NCBI GenBank assembly: GCA_013239625.1
Contig: MU056134.1
Location: 7,591,007 to 7,655,006 of the forward strand
Length of the DNA: 64,000 nucleotides
Reading direction: 5' to 3'
Source: Lama guanicoe
Taxonomy: Eukaryota
Position 1 is the first letter of the stretch, and the number at the start of each line of letters is the position of its first letter. The position numbers and the translations under genes are program-made. This document shows positions 25,131 to 35,590 of this stretch, piece by piece. Under the pieces are notes generated by a model. The model ran no database searches. It had not been told where the DNA came from and was given only the letters and a program-made list of their open reading frames with translations.

Positions 25131-28100
25131 GGGTGAGTCAGGACCTCTGCAGTGGGTCCAGGAATCCGCAAATGCCAAAGTTTATGGTGCATGAGCCTAG
25201 GGTCTTCTCCATTCATCCATGGCCAATTGGAATATGCTAGAACAGACCTGCCTGGGAAGGAAGGCCGGTCTCTGGACAGAGGTAAAGAAGGAACCCGAGA
25301 TCTCATCTCAGCAGCCAGTTTTAGCATAGATTCTTTTCTGCAAAGTACTTAGAAGCCCACTGCTTTCCTCCTAAGAAAATCAGGGCAGGTTTGAAATCCC
25401 TTCAAACCCACCCTGACCAGGAACAGAGGCACTGGGGGAAGAAGTCTACAGGAACCATCGGAGACCTGCATCCAGATTCCGGCTGTTTTCTGTTCCTGGG
25501 CCCTGAGACCCTGGGCAAGTCACTGCCCTCTGTGGAGTTCAGCAGGCAACAGAGCACAAGAATCACTCTCCGTTGTTGCAAGGATCAAATGAGATGATGA
25601 TGTATAGCACCCAGTCCTATCCAGGTGCAGTCACTAAGGCTCTACTAATTAGCAATGCAGTTTTGTCTGGCCAAAATCGCACTGCGATGTCTCTGTCGGA
25701 GCGATGGCAGTGATGTAGCACAAAGCGTGTTGAGTTTGGAACTCGAAGATCAAGGTTTCTGTCTACGACCTTGGGCAAGTTCCTGAACCACCTCATTTTC
25801 CTCGTCTGCACCAGGGAGAGAGGGACACTCTCCTGTCTGGTCTGCTGTCAGGCTGAAATAAAATAATGAATGTGAAAGGATCTGGCAGAGGGTAGGAGCT
25901 CCATAAATGTGTGTGGAATCAGAGGTAACAATTTACTGAGCAAATTAATCGTATAAACAGTGGTGTCAGGGGAGATATTTGACATGCCCAGGAGAACAAA
26001 CTTCCCCTGTAGGGTAGCGGCCTCTGCTTGTTTTACCAGCAATTCATGTTCCAATTATGCGTGAGTCATCTGTTTGTTCGCACAGGTCTGAGCTGGATCT
26101 CAGTTTGGCAACATTTTCCTTAGCCAGGACTTCAAGTTACCCATGTCCTTGAAAGACTGAAAATGGTAATTTAGTTCAGATTATGGCTTGAGTTAAAACT
26201 TTTGCACAACTCCTAGGAAATTCCCCATCATAGATGTACGTTCATCACGTGCAGGTCCATCACGATCCTAAAACTCCCAGGAGTGGTCTTTCCTTCTCTG
26301 GGTGGCAGGCCTTGGAACCCAGGATGACTCCCAGGGGCTACATCAATTTGCAGTAAAAGAAACTTCCAGTTAAGGCTTGAAAGATGGTGTGGGTACCCTC
26401 TGTGGAAAGGATTGTTCTTACCAGCATCTCTGAACATCGGCAGAATGGTGTCACAGAAGATAACATTGGGTTTGGAGCTGGACTGCTCTTCGGCTGAATC
26501 TTGACTCTGCTGCCCCTGAGTGGTGACTTTGTGGTTCCCCGATCCTCAATTTCCTCTTCTGTAAAATGGGTTCCATAACACTCATTCGATGCTGGTGAAA
26601 TTGATGTGACTGTTTACATAACAGGTGCCCTATACAAATCCTAGGCTGTCATATGTCTGTCATCCCCACGCATGATGGGCAACTTCTTTTAAACCTTGTC
26701 ACCCTCATGAGGCACAATGACCTTTGCAGCCTAACTGCACAGAAACAGAGTGGACCTGTGGTCATCTCTGTGGCCCAGGGCCTGGCAAGCTAGGGGCGTT
26801 CCGTGTGCATCGGTTGATTGAATGAGTAGCTGATCTGAGCAAATCACTTCGGAAACCAAAGCGACAGATACACAAACCGAATGGCCTGGTTATTCATCCA
26901 GCCCTTCTCAACTGGGCAGACATCTGATTGATGCCTTCGTGACAGGCCACAATGGCCCCCACATAGCCACTATCAGCATCAGGNNNNNNNNNNNNNNNNN
27001 NNNNNNNNNNNNNNNNNNNNNNNNNNNNNNNNNNNNNNNNNNNNNNNNNNNNNNNNNNNNNNNNNNNNNNNNNNNNNNNNNNNNNNNNNNNNNNNNNNNN
27101 NNNNNNNNNNNNNNNNNNNNNNNCTCCAGCACTCCAATAACTTGTACATTTCCCCCTTAATCGCTGTTTCAGCTCTGCAAAGAAAAGAGACGATTGGCCG
27201 AAGCGCTCAGGCCATCTGCAGTAGTTAAGCTCTATTTTCCCCTGGCCGCTCACTTGGATGGAGAACTTTTCAGCAAAGTCCCATTGGTCATTTGGCTCAT
27301 GCCCTCATTTCGCAGAAGAAGATTCTGAGGCCAAAGTCACACAGCTGGTCAGGGCAGAACTGAGGCTGGGTCGGTCTCCCCAGCACAGTGCCTGCCCTCA
27401 CCAGTGCTGCTCGCTGCTCCTGCCTCGTCCAGCTGTGCAGTTGTGCCTTTGTGGTCGTGAGGATTTGGGTTCAAGTCCCAGCCTGGCCACCTGCTGGCTC
27501 TGTGACTTTCAGCTGACTACAGGGCTGCCCCAAGCTGAAGGTCTCCCATCTGCAAAATGGGGATGATCGCACAACCTCTCAGGTTTATCGTGAGAACTGA
27601 GACGGTGTGAAACGTGCCCAGCCTGGGTCTGGTACTTCACAGCCGCCCAGAGCTACCTGCCTCCGTCCTTCAAGCGAAACACTCGCTGCAAGTAATATGA
27701 ACGGAAATAGCTCCCATTTACGGAGTCCATACTTGGTGCCAGAAACTGTTCTAAGCACTTTATACACATTAGCTCGTTTATTCCTCTTTTTCTAAAGGCA
27801 AAGGTATCTTTCTTGCCTCCCTAAAGCCATCCATCCTCACAACGACTGGACTGCCTGGCCTAGCACCACTTCAGTGGAACCTGCTGATTTTCAACAATAG
27901 GTTACCCAAATGATTTCGTATTTTCTGTCGCTGGCTCGGAGCAGGCAGCCAGCCTCTTGCGACAAAATGTGATGCAACCAAACACTGTTTCTTTGGCTGG
28001 TCGTATATATTGACTTGTCCAAAATCTGGACTCAGGGTTGACCCCCACAGATGGGGGTAGACAGGGAGGGCAGGGTGCAGGGAAGGGTGGAATTTCCCCT

Positions 28101-28364
28101 GATGGTGTTAGGAAATGGGGTGGCTGTGGTGGGGGCTGGGTCACAGATGAGGGCTCCCTCTATGGCGTGACAGACAGTAGTGAAAGAAGTCAGAACTTTT
28201 GCTGCAAAGTTTAAAAACTGAGTTTGGCCTCCAGGTGTCCATCACACCACTGCATCATCAGCCCTCAGACTCGACCCCAACTCAGCACATTAAGCCTCCA
28301 CCTCTAGCTGCCTTGGACCACTCTCAGACCTAGAAAGGATGTGTTCAATCTCACTTTTCATGCC

Positions 28365-28946
28365 TCTGTACCCCTCATTTGCACAGGCTGCCTCCTCTCC
28401 CTGAACTCTCCTTTCTCTCCCTGTCTACCGTGGAACTCCTATTGAGCCCTGCAGACTTCATTCAGATGTCACCTCCTCCAAGAAGCCATGAGAGGTCCCC
28501 AGTCTGGTCTGGGTACTCCTGTGTGTCCACTCAGCACCTCTGCTCCCTGGTATCTGTTCACCTCTCTCTCACTCTCTTTTTAATTAAAGTATAGTTGATT
28601 TACCATGTTGTGTTAGTTTCTGGTGTACAGCATAGCGATTCAGTTATACATGTATGTATATATTTATTTACAAAACAGAAAGAGACTCACAAACATAGAA
28701 AACAAAAGTATGGTTACCAAAGGGGTAAGTGGGAGGAGGGATAAATTAGGAGTTTGAGATTAGCGGATACAAACTACTATACATAAAATAAATAAACAGC
28801 ATGCTCACGTATGTCTTTCCTCAACAACACTGCAAGTACATGGAGGATACACACCACGCCTTATTTAATTTTATATCCCCAGCAGCTAGATTAGAGCTTG
28901 ACATAGAGTTGACGCTCAGTATTCACTGGTTGATTGAATGAATGAA
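28365..28946 (+). mobile_element. L2 3' fragment interrupted by the inverted L1
   Basis: cagatgtcacctcctccaagaagcc lies before the L1. After it: tatccccagcagctag...ttgacatagagttgacgctcagta...ttgaatgaatgaa. Confidence 0.6.
28577..28801 (-). mobile_element. LINE-1 3' UTR fragment with 5' inversion
   Basis: 28577-28663 is the reverse complement of the L1 3' terminus. 28664-28801 is an upstream 3' UTR segment in + orientation. Both match segments of the L1s at 50591 and 58199. Confidence 0.85.
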
Positions 28947-29919
28947 CCAGGAAATGAGCCTATCTCCGCTCAGGTAAGTAGTCATGATATGATAATTATA
29001 TTGATCATAATTAATAACTGCTACCACAAGGTAACAAAGACTGTGCTGATCTCTTTATCAAATTATAACACTAGCTCTTGACTATTGGGCACCTAGGCGG
29101 TCAAGGCAGAGTCCAGACGCCGCATACACGTTACCTTCTTCCCAGCTCTCAGAGGCTCAGCGAGCAAAGCACCTGCCTGGGGTCCACAGCTAGAAAGGGG
29201 CAGAGCCAAAGCCCTAAGCTGAGGTCTGCTTGTCACTTCCTCTGACCTGTGCCTCCTCCCAGAGAGGGTCACTGCTCCTTGTTTTGGCCTCGGACCCTGA
29301 TTAGCCTCTTGGTCCTTCTTCCGACGCCCCATGCCCAGAAAGATTGGCCTCACAGTTCTACATCTGCTCAAGTCCTGGGAACGCTGCTGTCCTCTGCCCC
29401 CAGGAAAACCCAGAGCGGCCCAAGGCCCATGGCGGGTGCCAGGGAAACCACATGGGCATTCAGGAGTGGAGCTGCTTTGTCTGGCCACTGAGCGATTAAT
29501 CCTTGCACAGCTGCAACACACATGCAGAGGGGCTGCAAATACACACATCCTGAATGGCCTGCGGACAGAAACCCGACAGAAGCCCCTCCACAATCCTCTG
29601 CTCTCCCTGCCAAGTTTGTTACCAACCATGAGACCAAATGGATAGAATGAGACTTTGGGGACAGCTGGTACATCTCCCCAAAGGTCCCCCTGGGAGGCCA
29701 TTCCTCACCTGTGGCACTTAGAGCTTGGGGACCACAGGTATTGGGGGGACATCTTGGCATCCTGCTCCTCACTCTCCTCCTCTGTCCCCAAAAGGGATAA
29801 ATGCCCCCACATTGCCTGGGCATTTCCTCCTTAGAGATGCATTCCGCTGGTGTTCCCTGGGGAAATTAAGCCAGGGGTCTTGGAGGACAGTGAGAAGGCT
29901 TGGGGGGTACCTGATAAGG

Positions 29920-30545
29920 GTAGGCACCTACTCTGCTTCAGGCTCTGTGTTGGGTGCTGGAGACAGCAGGGAAATCAGCTCTGATTCCCGCTCAAGTCAG
30001 GAGGGGGAGACAGGCACAGCCCCGGAGGCGTGGTGACACGCACGTGGGTGAGGACTGACACCTAAATGGGAGGTAGAGGGCAAAAGAGGAAGACAGCAGT
30101 TGTGTGGTGATGGGGGAGGTGGAAGGGTGGTCGGGACAGGCTCCAAAGCAGAAGAAAGCCCAGGGCTGGATGCTGAAGGATGAGCAGGCATCCCCAGGCA
30201 GACAAAGCAGCAGGGTGTGGTGGGGGCGCACTTAGGGCAGCGGAGGAAGGCAGAGAGGAGCGGGGGTCCAGCTGTTGTCAGCTGTTCTGCGGAGCTTGAG
30301 TCTGTGGTACCAGAGAGGGCGTGGCCAGAGATAAGGCCACGCCCAGGTGCAGAGCTTGAGCAACCTGGGCCTCATCCTGAGGACGGGTGAGCCACTGAAG
30401 GGTCTTAAGAAGTGGGATGATAGGCTTTGAGTGGAACTTTAGAAAGACTGCTCTGACTACAGTGCAGAGGATGGATGCGGAGAGGAGGGAGCACCAGGCT
30501 GGAGGCCAGAGACCACTTAGGAGGCTGATGTCATTTAAAGGCCAC
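29920..30545 (-). mobile_element. L2 fragment
   Basis: ggcacctactctgcttcaggctctgtgttgggtgctggagacagc...gagccactgaagggtcttaag...tttagaaagactgctctg...ggaggccagagaccacttaggaggct. Confidence 0.6.
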
Positions 30546-33132
30546 ATTTTTATGGGGGGTCAGAACAGTTAGAAGAGCTCCCCTCTCTTTATATATATAT
30601 ACACACACTCCTCTATATACACACACACACAGCTCATGTGGTTATATACCATTGTTACCTCCACTAGATGGAGTAGGAAACTAGAGAACAGAGAGATGAA
30701 GTCACTTGTCCAAGGGCGCACAGTAAGTGGCAGTCTCAGTGCAATTTGAGCATTCATGCCCTTAACCACTGTACTATAGCATCACTCCATCCAAGATGAC
30801 AAGGGCTTGGGACAGGGTATCATGGTTAAAGGGAAGTATTCCCTATGGGCCCGCTCTGTATTTGAGGCTCCCCTAAAATAGCTTCCAGCTTCCATGGATA
30901 GAGGGGTGCAGCCTTTAATTCTGAGGCCCTCGGGGGAAAAGAAAAACTACAGCATGAAATGTTAAGAATCTGGAAATTCTCAGCACAGGGCCATGATACA
31001 AAGCCACTAGGGGTCACTTGAGTCCCCAGGAACACATACCTTTGGGGAATGGAGGGAATACTTCTGCGTGGGTGGGCGTGGGCTTGCAAACTTCTCAGAC
31101 ACGGGAAGGCAGGGTCCAGGGAGGTAAGAGAAGGGTGCACCTCAGTGAGAGAACTTACTTTCCTCAACTCAGGACCATTCCTGCCAGGGAGGCTGAGGTC
31201 AGGTGGCTCCTGTAGGTGCTGTGTGCTCTGCAGATCCCGTAACCTGTGGCCAAGGCTATGACCCCCCTGGACCCCAGGGGCAACCCCACTTTCCACTCTC
31301 CTAGCCGTGCTCCTAGGAGGGATGGATTTGGAGGTGGCAGAGGGCAAGAATCCTACCCAGCGTTCCTCTGATAGAAGAGAGGCCCAGGGTCAGAGAGGAA
31401 GGTTACACGTGGCTTCTGTGTGATGCATTTGGTGGTACGCAAAGTGGACTTTGAACTTGCTGGTTCTGGGCTCTGGACAGCAACTCAGAGCCGCATCTCC
31501 CTCAGCTTTTAAATGGGAACAAAACTGCTAACTCAGAGTTGTGGTGAATGTCAAAAGTGAACCCTGGCTTCTAGCCTGCGATTCCACACACTCTGAAAGG
31601 CCATTGTTAGATGTGCAGGATTTTCCAAGTGTACAACTTGGAGCTGGAACTGCGGATACTTGAATGTAACATTGAACTTCAGTCTAACTCTAGGGGCTGC
31701 TGGTTAGTGGTCAGTCAAAGAACAATAAACAATAAGGGAGCACGACCTTCATTCCTTCATCTTGGTGGGTGGAACTCAGAACTGTGTTTGAAGTCTGGGG
31801 GAAGTCACTTAGAAGCGTATGTTAACAGCACCTCCTGCTTGCTAAGGCGGGGGAACCGCAAGGTAGGCATTCTTTAAAAGCAAGCTGAAAAATCCCAGGA
31901 AGCAAGGCATGTTTGGGGAGTGGACAATTCACAGCTAACGTATACACAGGCTTAAGGCAAAGCAAAGAGGGCAAGACTGAAGCCAGAGTCACCATTCTAG
32001 ACCAAGACTAGCCCAATCAGCCAATCAGAGGCCTCGCCTGGTGGGCATCTGTGCCAACACCTGTTGGAACCAGAATATCTATTTACCATCCCAGAAAAAG
32101 CATTGTCAGAGACGAGACTGTCTGGAGTGATGCGTAAGCATTGGTAAAATCATCATCAGAGCACTACAAATAAACGCACACACCAGCATTCCCTGGACTA
32201 GTGGAAAAGCCCAACCCCCTCCAGGGGCATTTACACACAAATGGCTGGACAGGCTCGTGCCACGCTGAGTCTGGGCACCGGAACTCCTCCTAGGCAGATC
32301 GCACAAGGCAGATACCCTTCTGTCTGACAGCTGCGTTATCCAGACCCCAGCGTGGCGGAACCAGCACAGCAAATGGTTTCCAAACCCTGAGCACAGCTTC
32401 TCCTGGCCCTGGCTGTTCCCATCAATATCTCTGCCATGCTGCTCTCCCCACTGCAGGGCGTTCGTTCCCCTAGACCAGAAGACCCCTGCTCACACCTTGT
32501 GGGGTCAAGGGCCCCCGTGGCACTCATCATGGCTCAGTTCCCCCGGAAGCTTAAGACACAGGTGCTTTTAAAAAGTGGCAGAAGGGGGCTGCTGCCTCCC
32601 TCTCCAAACTAGCTACAGCTTCACTGTTGGTTGATATTCTGGGAGTTTCCCCCAAAGTGCCCCTAGAATGGAAGTGCTCCAGAACTCTCAAGCCGGAAGC
32701 TGCTTAGCGGGTCCCAAGTTTGCTTAGGGCCTCTACTTGAGTCTCCCGTTGGCCCATTTTTGAAGAATTTCCTACTGGTTTTTGCAAAGACAACAAGCCC
32801 ACAGTTAAGACATGCTTCTCTCTGCACATCCCTTCACCCCCGACACCGAGTAGCTACCTGGAGTCCTGTGGACCTGGGGGGTGAGGAAGGGGGGAAGGAG
32901 GGCTAGCGTTCCCAGAGGGGACCGCAAACAGCAAAGCTGGGGGGCTCGGGAGCTGACAGTGGAAGGAGAGAGGCCGGGACAGGGAAGCCAGGCCACTCCT
33001 CCTGCAGTTGTGTCCAAGTTCCCACAACCTGGAGAAGACTCAGGGGATCTGCCTCTGCCTCCTGAGTCACCGCAAGGGGCCACCGCGGGGGAGGGGGAGA
33101 GCCGGTCGGCCGGCCTCCCGTCTCTGGAGTGG

Positions 33133-33177
33133 GGGAGCGGGGGGAGCGGAGGGAGCGGGGGGAGCGGAGGGAGCGGG
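33133..33177. repeat. 5 x 9-bp G-rich tandem repeat (GGGAGCGGR)
   Basis: GGGAGCGGG GGGAGCGGA GGGAGCGGG GGGAGCGGA GGGAGCGGG, read directly. Confidence 0.95.
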
Positions 33178-33192
33178 TTCGCGCGGAGGGCA

Positions 33193-33198
33193 ACTCAC
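33193..33198 (-). other. 5' splice donor of ASIC2b exon 1 (TCC|GTGAGT), phase 0
   Basis: The + strand reads actcac at 33193-33198, directly after the NFSS codons. Similarity to ASIC2 (next residues VFTKYGKC) stops here. Confidence 0.93.
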
Positions 33199-33912
33199 GG
33201 AGGAGAAGTTGTGCGGGCCGCAGAGCTCGCCACGGTACTTGCAGGAGAGCAGCATGTCCTCGAGCTGGTGGCCCAGGCGGTCCATGAAGGCGGCGCTGAT
33301 GCCCTCGAAGTGGCGCGGCGGCAGGAAGAGGCGGAAGTCGGCCAGCTTGCGGAACCACTGGCGGCGCGGCTCGTCGCCCCGCAGCAGCTCGCTGACCAGN
33401 NNNNNNNNNNNNNNNNNNNNNNNNNNNNNNNNNNNNNNNNNNNNNNNNNNNNNNNNNNNNNNNNNNNNNNNNNNNNNNNNNNNNNNNNNNNNNNNNNNNN
33501 NNNNNNNNNNNNNNNNNNNNNNNNNNNNNNNNNNNNNNNNNNNNNNNNNNNNNNNNNNNNNNNNNNNNNNNAGCCAGTAGAGCAGGCGGTTCGAGGACCA
33601 GGACAGCAGCAAGCCCAGGGACGTGCAGAAGGCCAACACCCACAGCGCCCGCCGCTGGAAGGAGCCCCCCGCCGCCGCACGCCCGGCGCACATGTGCCGC
33701 AGCCCGTGCAGTTTAGCGCGGCTCAGCGACGGCCGCCCCCTGCGGGCGACCCCTGTCCCCTGCAGCGCCCGCTCGCGCTCGCCGCCCCGGCCGCCCCCGG
33801 GCTGCCCAGCCGCCGCCACCGCCGCCGGCGCCGCCTCCCCGCGGGCCATGCGGAAGCGTCCCGGGCCGGTGAGCGCGGCCGCGGGCCGCCCAGNNNNNNN
33901 NNNNNNNNNNNN
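33199..33912 (-). CDS. ASIC2: First coding exon of acid-sensing ion channel 2, isoform 2b (ASIC2b/MDEG2): cytoplasmic N-terminus with HG motif, TM1 and start of the ectodomain; partial CDS
   Basis: Minus-strand translation gives PAAALTGPGRFRMAR...ALQGTGVARRGRPSLSRAKLHGLRHMCAGR...SFQRRALWVLAFCTSLGLLLSWSSNRLLYW-[gap]-LVSELLRGDEPRRQWFRKLADFRLFLPPRHFEGISAAFMDRLGHQLEDMLLSCKYRGELCGPHNFSS, which I recognise as mammalian ASIC2b. The frame is preserved across the gap at 33400-33571. The exon ends in phase 0 at 33199, followed by GTGAGT. The ATG lies in the gap at 33894-34097; 33912 is inferred from the human N-terminus (MSRIGGAG...). Confidence 0.96.
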
Positions 33913-35014
33913 NNNNNNNNNNNNNNNNNNNNNNNNNNNNNNNNNNNNNNNNNNNNNNNNNNNNNNNNNNNNNNNNNNNNNNNNNNNNNNNNNNNNNNNN
34001 NNNNNNNNNNNNNNNNNNNNNNNNNNNNNNNNNNNNNNNNNNNNNNNNNNNNNNNNNNNNNNNNNNNNNNNNNNNNNNNNNNNNNNNNNNNNNNNNNCGG
34101 GCGCCCGCCCGGGACGGAGCCCGCCTCGGCCCGCCGCCCCTGGCACGGGCCTCCCGGAGCGCCGCCCAGGCTCTCCTGGTCCCGAGTCCTCCTGGAGGAT
34201 GCCCGACGCCGGCCACTACCTCTCCAGTCCCTGGGCGCTGTGCCCGCCTCCCCTCGTCCTGGACCTCGGGGGACCCTGAGCTGAGTCCCCCTTGCTCCGC
34301 CTAACCCCAGCTTTTACGCTGGTCCTGGGAGAGCAACCACTCGGCCACCATGCCTGATTCGGACATCCCCAAGGACCCCACCGGCCCGGCCGGTGGCCCG
34401 CGGTGCTGGGACACTGGGGAGAAGGCGCCGAGGAACGAGCGCCCCCAGAGGCTCACGGCGGCTCCTGGCTTGGCGGGTGGGGTGGGTGTGTACTGGGGTG
34501 AGCGGTCGCCCAGCTGGCTGCTGTCCTCCTTCCCTTTCCTCCGGGACCCTTCTCGCTGCTCCTCGGGCTGCGCTCCGCCGAGACCTGCTAAGGTTCCCCC
34601 AAGTCCCGCGCCCGCGCCCTGCGTTGCGGTGTGCCCGCCCTCGCCTGGGGCCGAGGGCGTCTCAGGGTCCTGCCTGACGCTGCTGGCCAGAGGGAAGTGT
34701 CGCTTCTCCGAAGTGCCCGGAGTCTCCAGAAAAGCCCGGCCTCGCCGTTCCTGCCTCTTCTTCTTCCTGTCCCAGTGGCGCCAGGAGCCGGGGACTGCGG
34801 AGCCCCGGCTACACCTCTCGGGGGTGACCCGGACTCGCTGCTCCGCGCTCCCGGTTCCTCTCGAGACTCCCAGCCCGCGGTGTCGGCGGCGCGGGCCGCG
34901 TTCCTCTCCCGGCTGCCCGGCCCTCCTCGGGCCCCGGGCGAACTTGGGCAGCAGCCGCGCGACGCTGGCGCGGCTGGGCTTCGGGCACCTGCTCCTCAGC
35001 TCGCTGGCCCCGCG

Positions 35015-35110
35015 GCTCCGGGCGGGCGGGGCGGCGGCGGCGAGCGCCGTGCGCTCTTGGAGACGCGGTGCTGACGCGCGCGGCTCCTCCTCGCTGCATT
35101 TTAATTCTTG
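35015..35110 (-). promoter_or_regulatory. Candidate ASIC2b core promoter / TSS region
   Basis: GC boxes (gggcgggcggggcgg at about 35020-35033), a TGACGC half-CRE-like site at about 35072, and the only AT-rich patch in the island (minus strand ATTAAAA at about 35099-35105). The TSS position is inferred. Confidence 0.4.
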
Positions 35111-35289
35111 GCCACTGTGGCCGCTGCACACCGAGCGGGAAGCCTCTTGCTGGAGCCAGCTGGGTGGGGGATGCACTGCTCAGATGTGACGGGTTGTGCG
35201 GGCCGGCGAGAGAGACGCGGAGTAGAAACATTGCGTTTATGGGGGCCGTGTGTAGACAAGTGTGAGATCACTTCTGTGTGAGGTGGGCT

Positions 35290-35590
35290 GTCTAGTGTGG
35301 GCATTTGAGCAAGTGTGTGAGAGGGGCGTTAGGCACTGAGAGTGGGTGGGATGTACTTTGTCCGTGTGAACGGGCATGTCTGTGTATCGTGAATGCGAAC
35401 TTGTTTTGCAGATGATGTACTGTGCCTATCTGAGTGTGTGTAGGATAGCGTGATGGTGTGTATGCTCTGTGTGTGTGTATCTGTGCATTTAGGGGGTGGT
35501 GGGAGTGAACGGGTGTGTTGATGTGTGGGTGGATGTGGTGTGTTTTGCACGTGAGTGTGTGTAGTGTGTAGATGAGGATCTGTGTTGAGG
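35290..35590. repeat. GT-rich low-complexity region upstream of the ASIC2b promoter
   Basis: Interrupted gtgt runs. Confidence 0.7.

Larger units (their letters stand above)
1..33198 (-). other. ASIC2: Intron 1 of ASIC2b (continues beyond the window)
   Basis: Lies downstream of the donor. I saw no exon-2 sequence (VFTKYGKCYMFNSG...) in the ORF track, and the region is repeat-rich. Confidence 0.85.
33070..35230. promoter_or_regulatory. CpG island covering ASIC2b exon 1, its 5' leader and promoter
   Basis: Very GC-rich with dense CG dinucleotides, unlike the flanking sequence; boundaries judged by eye. Confidence 0.9.

Noticed and set aside
329-32530. Numerous 60-200 aa ORFs in the intron (likewise 35292-63859)
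   Set aside because: No recognisable domains, many non-ATG starts and frequent overlap with MIR/L2 or low-complexity sequence, consistent with chance ORFs.
33067-34146. ORF-track limits (359 aa) as the real CDS
   Set aside because: Its start is a GTG upstream of a gap, and its last 43 codons lie beyond the GT donor at 33198.
32881-34284. 467-aa + strand ORF with a (GSG)n linker-like run, and other overlapping ORFs
   Set aside because: Antisense or alternate-frame shadows of the GC-rich ASIC2b exon, inflated by N-gaps. The GSG run comes from the 9-bp repeat.
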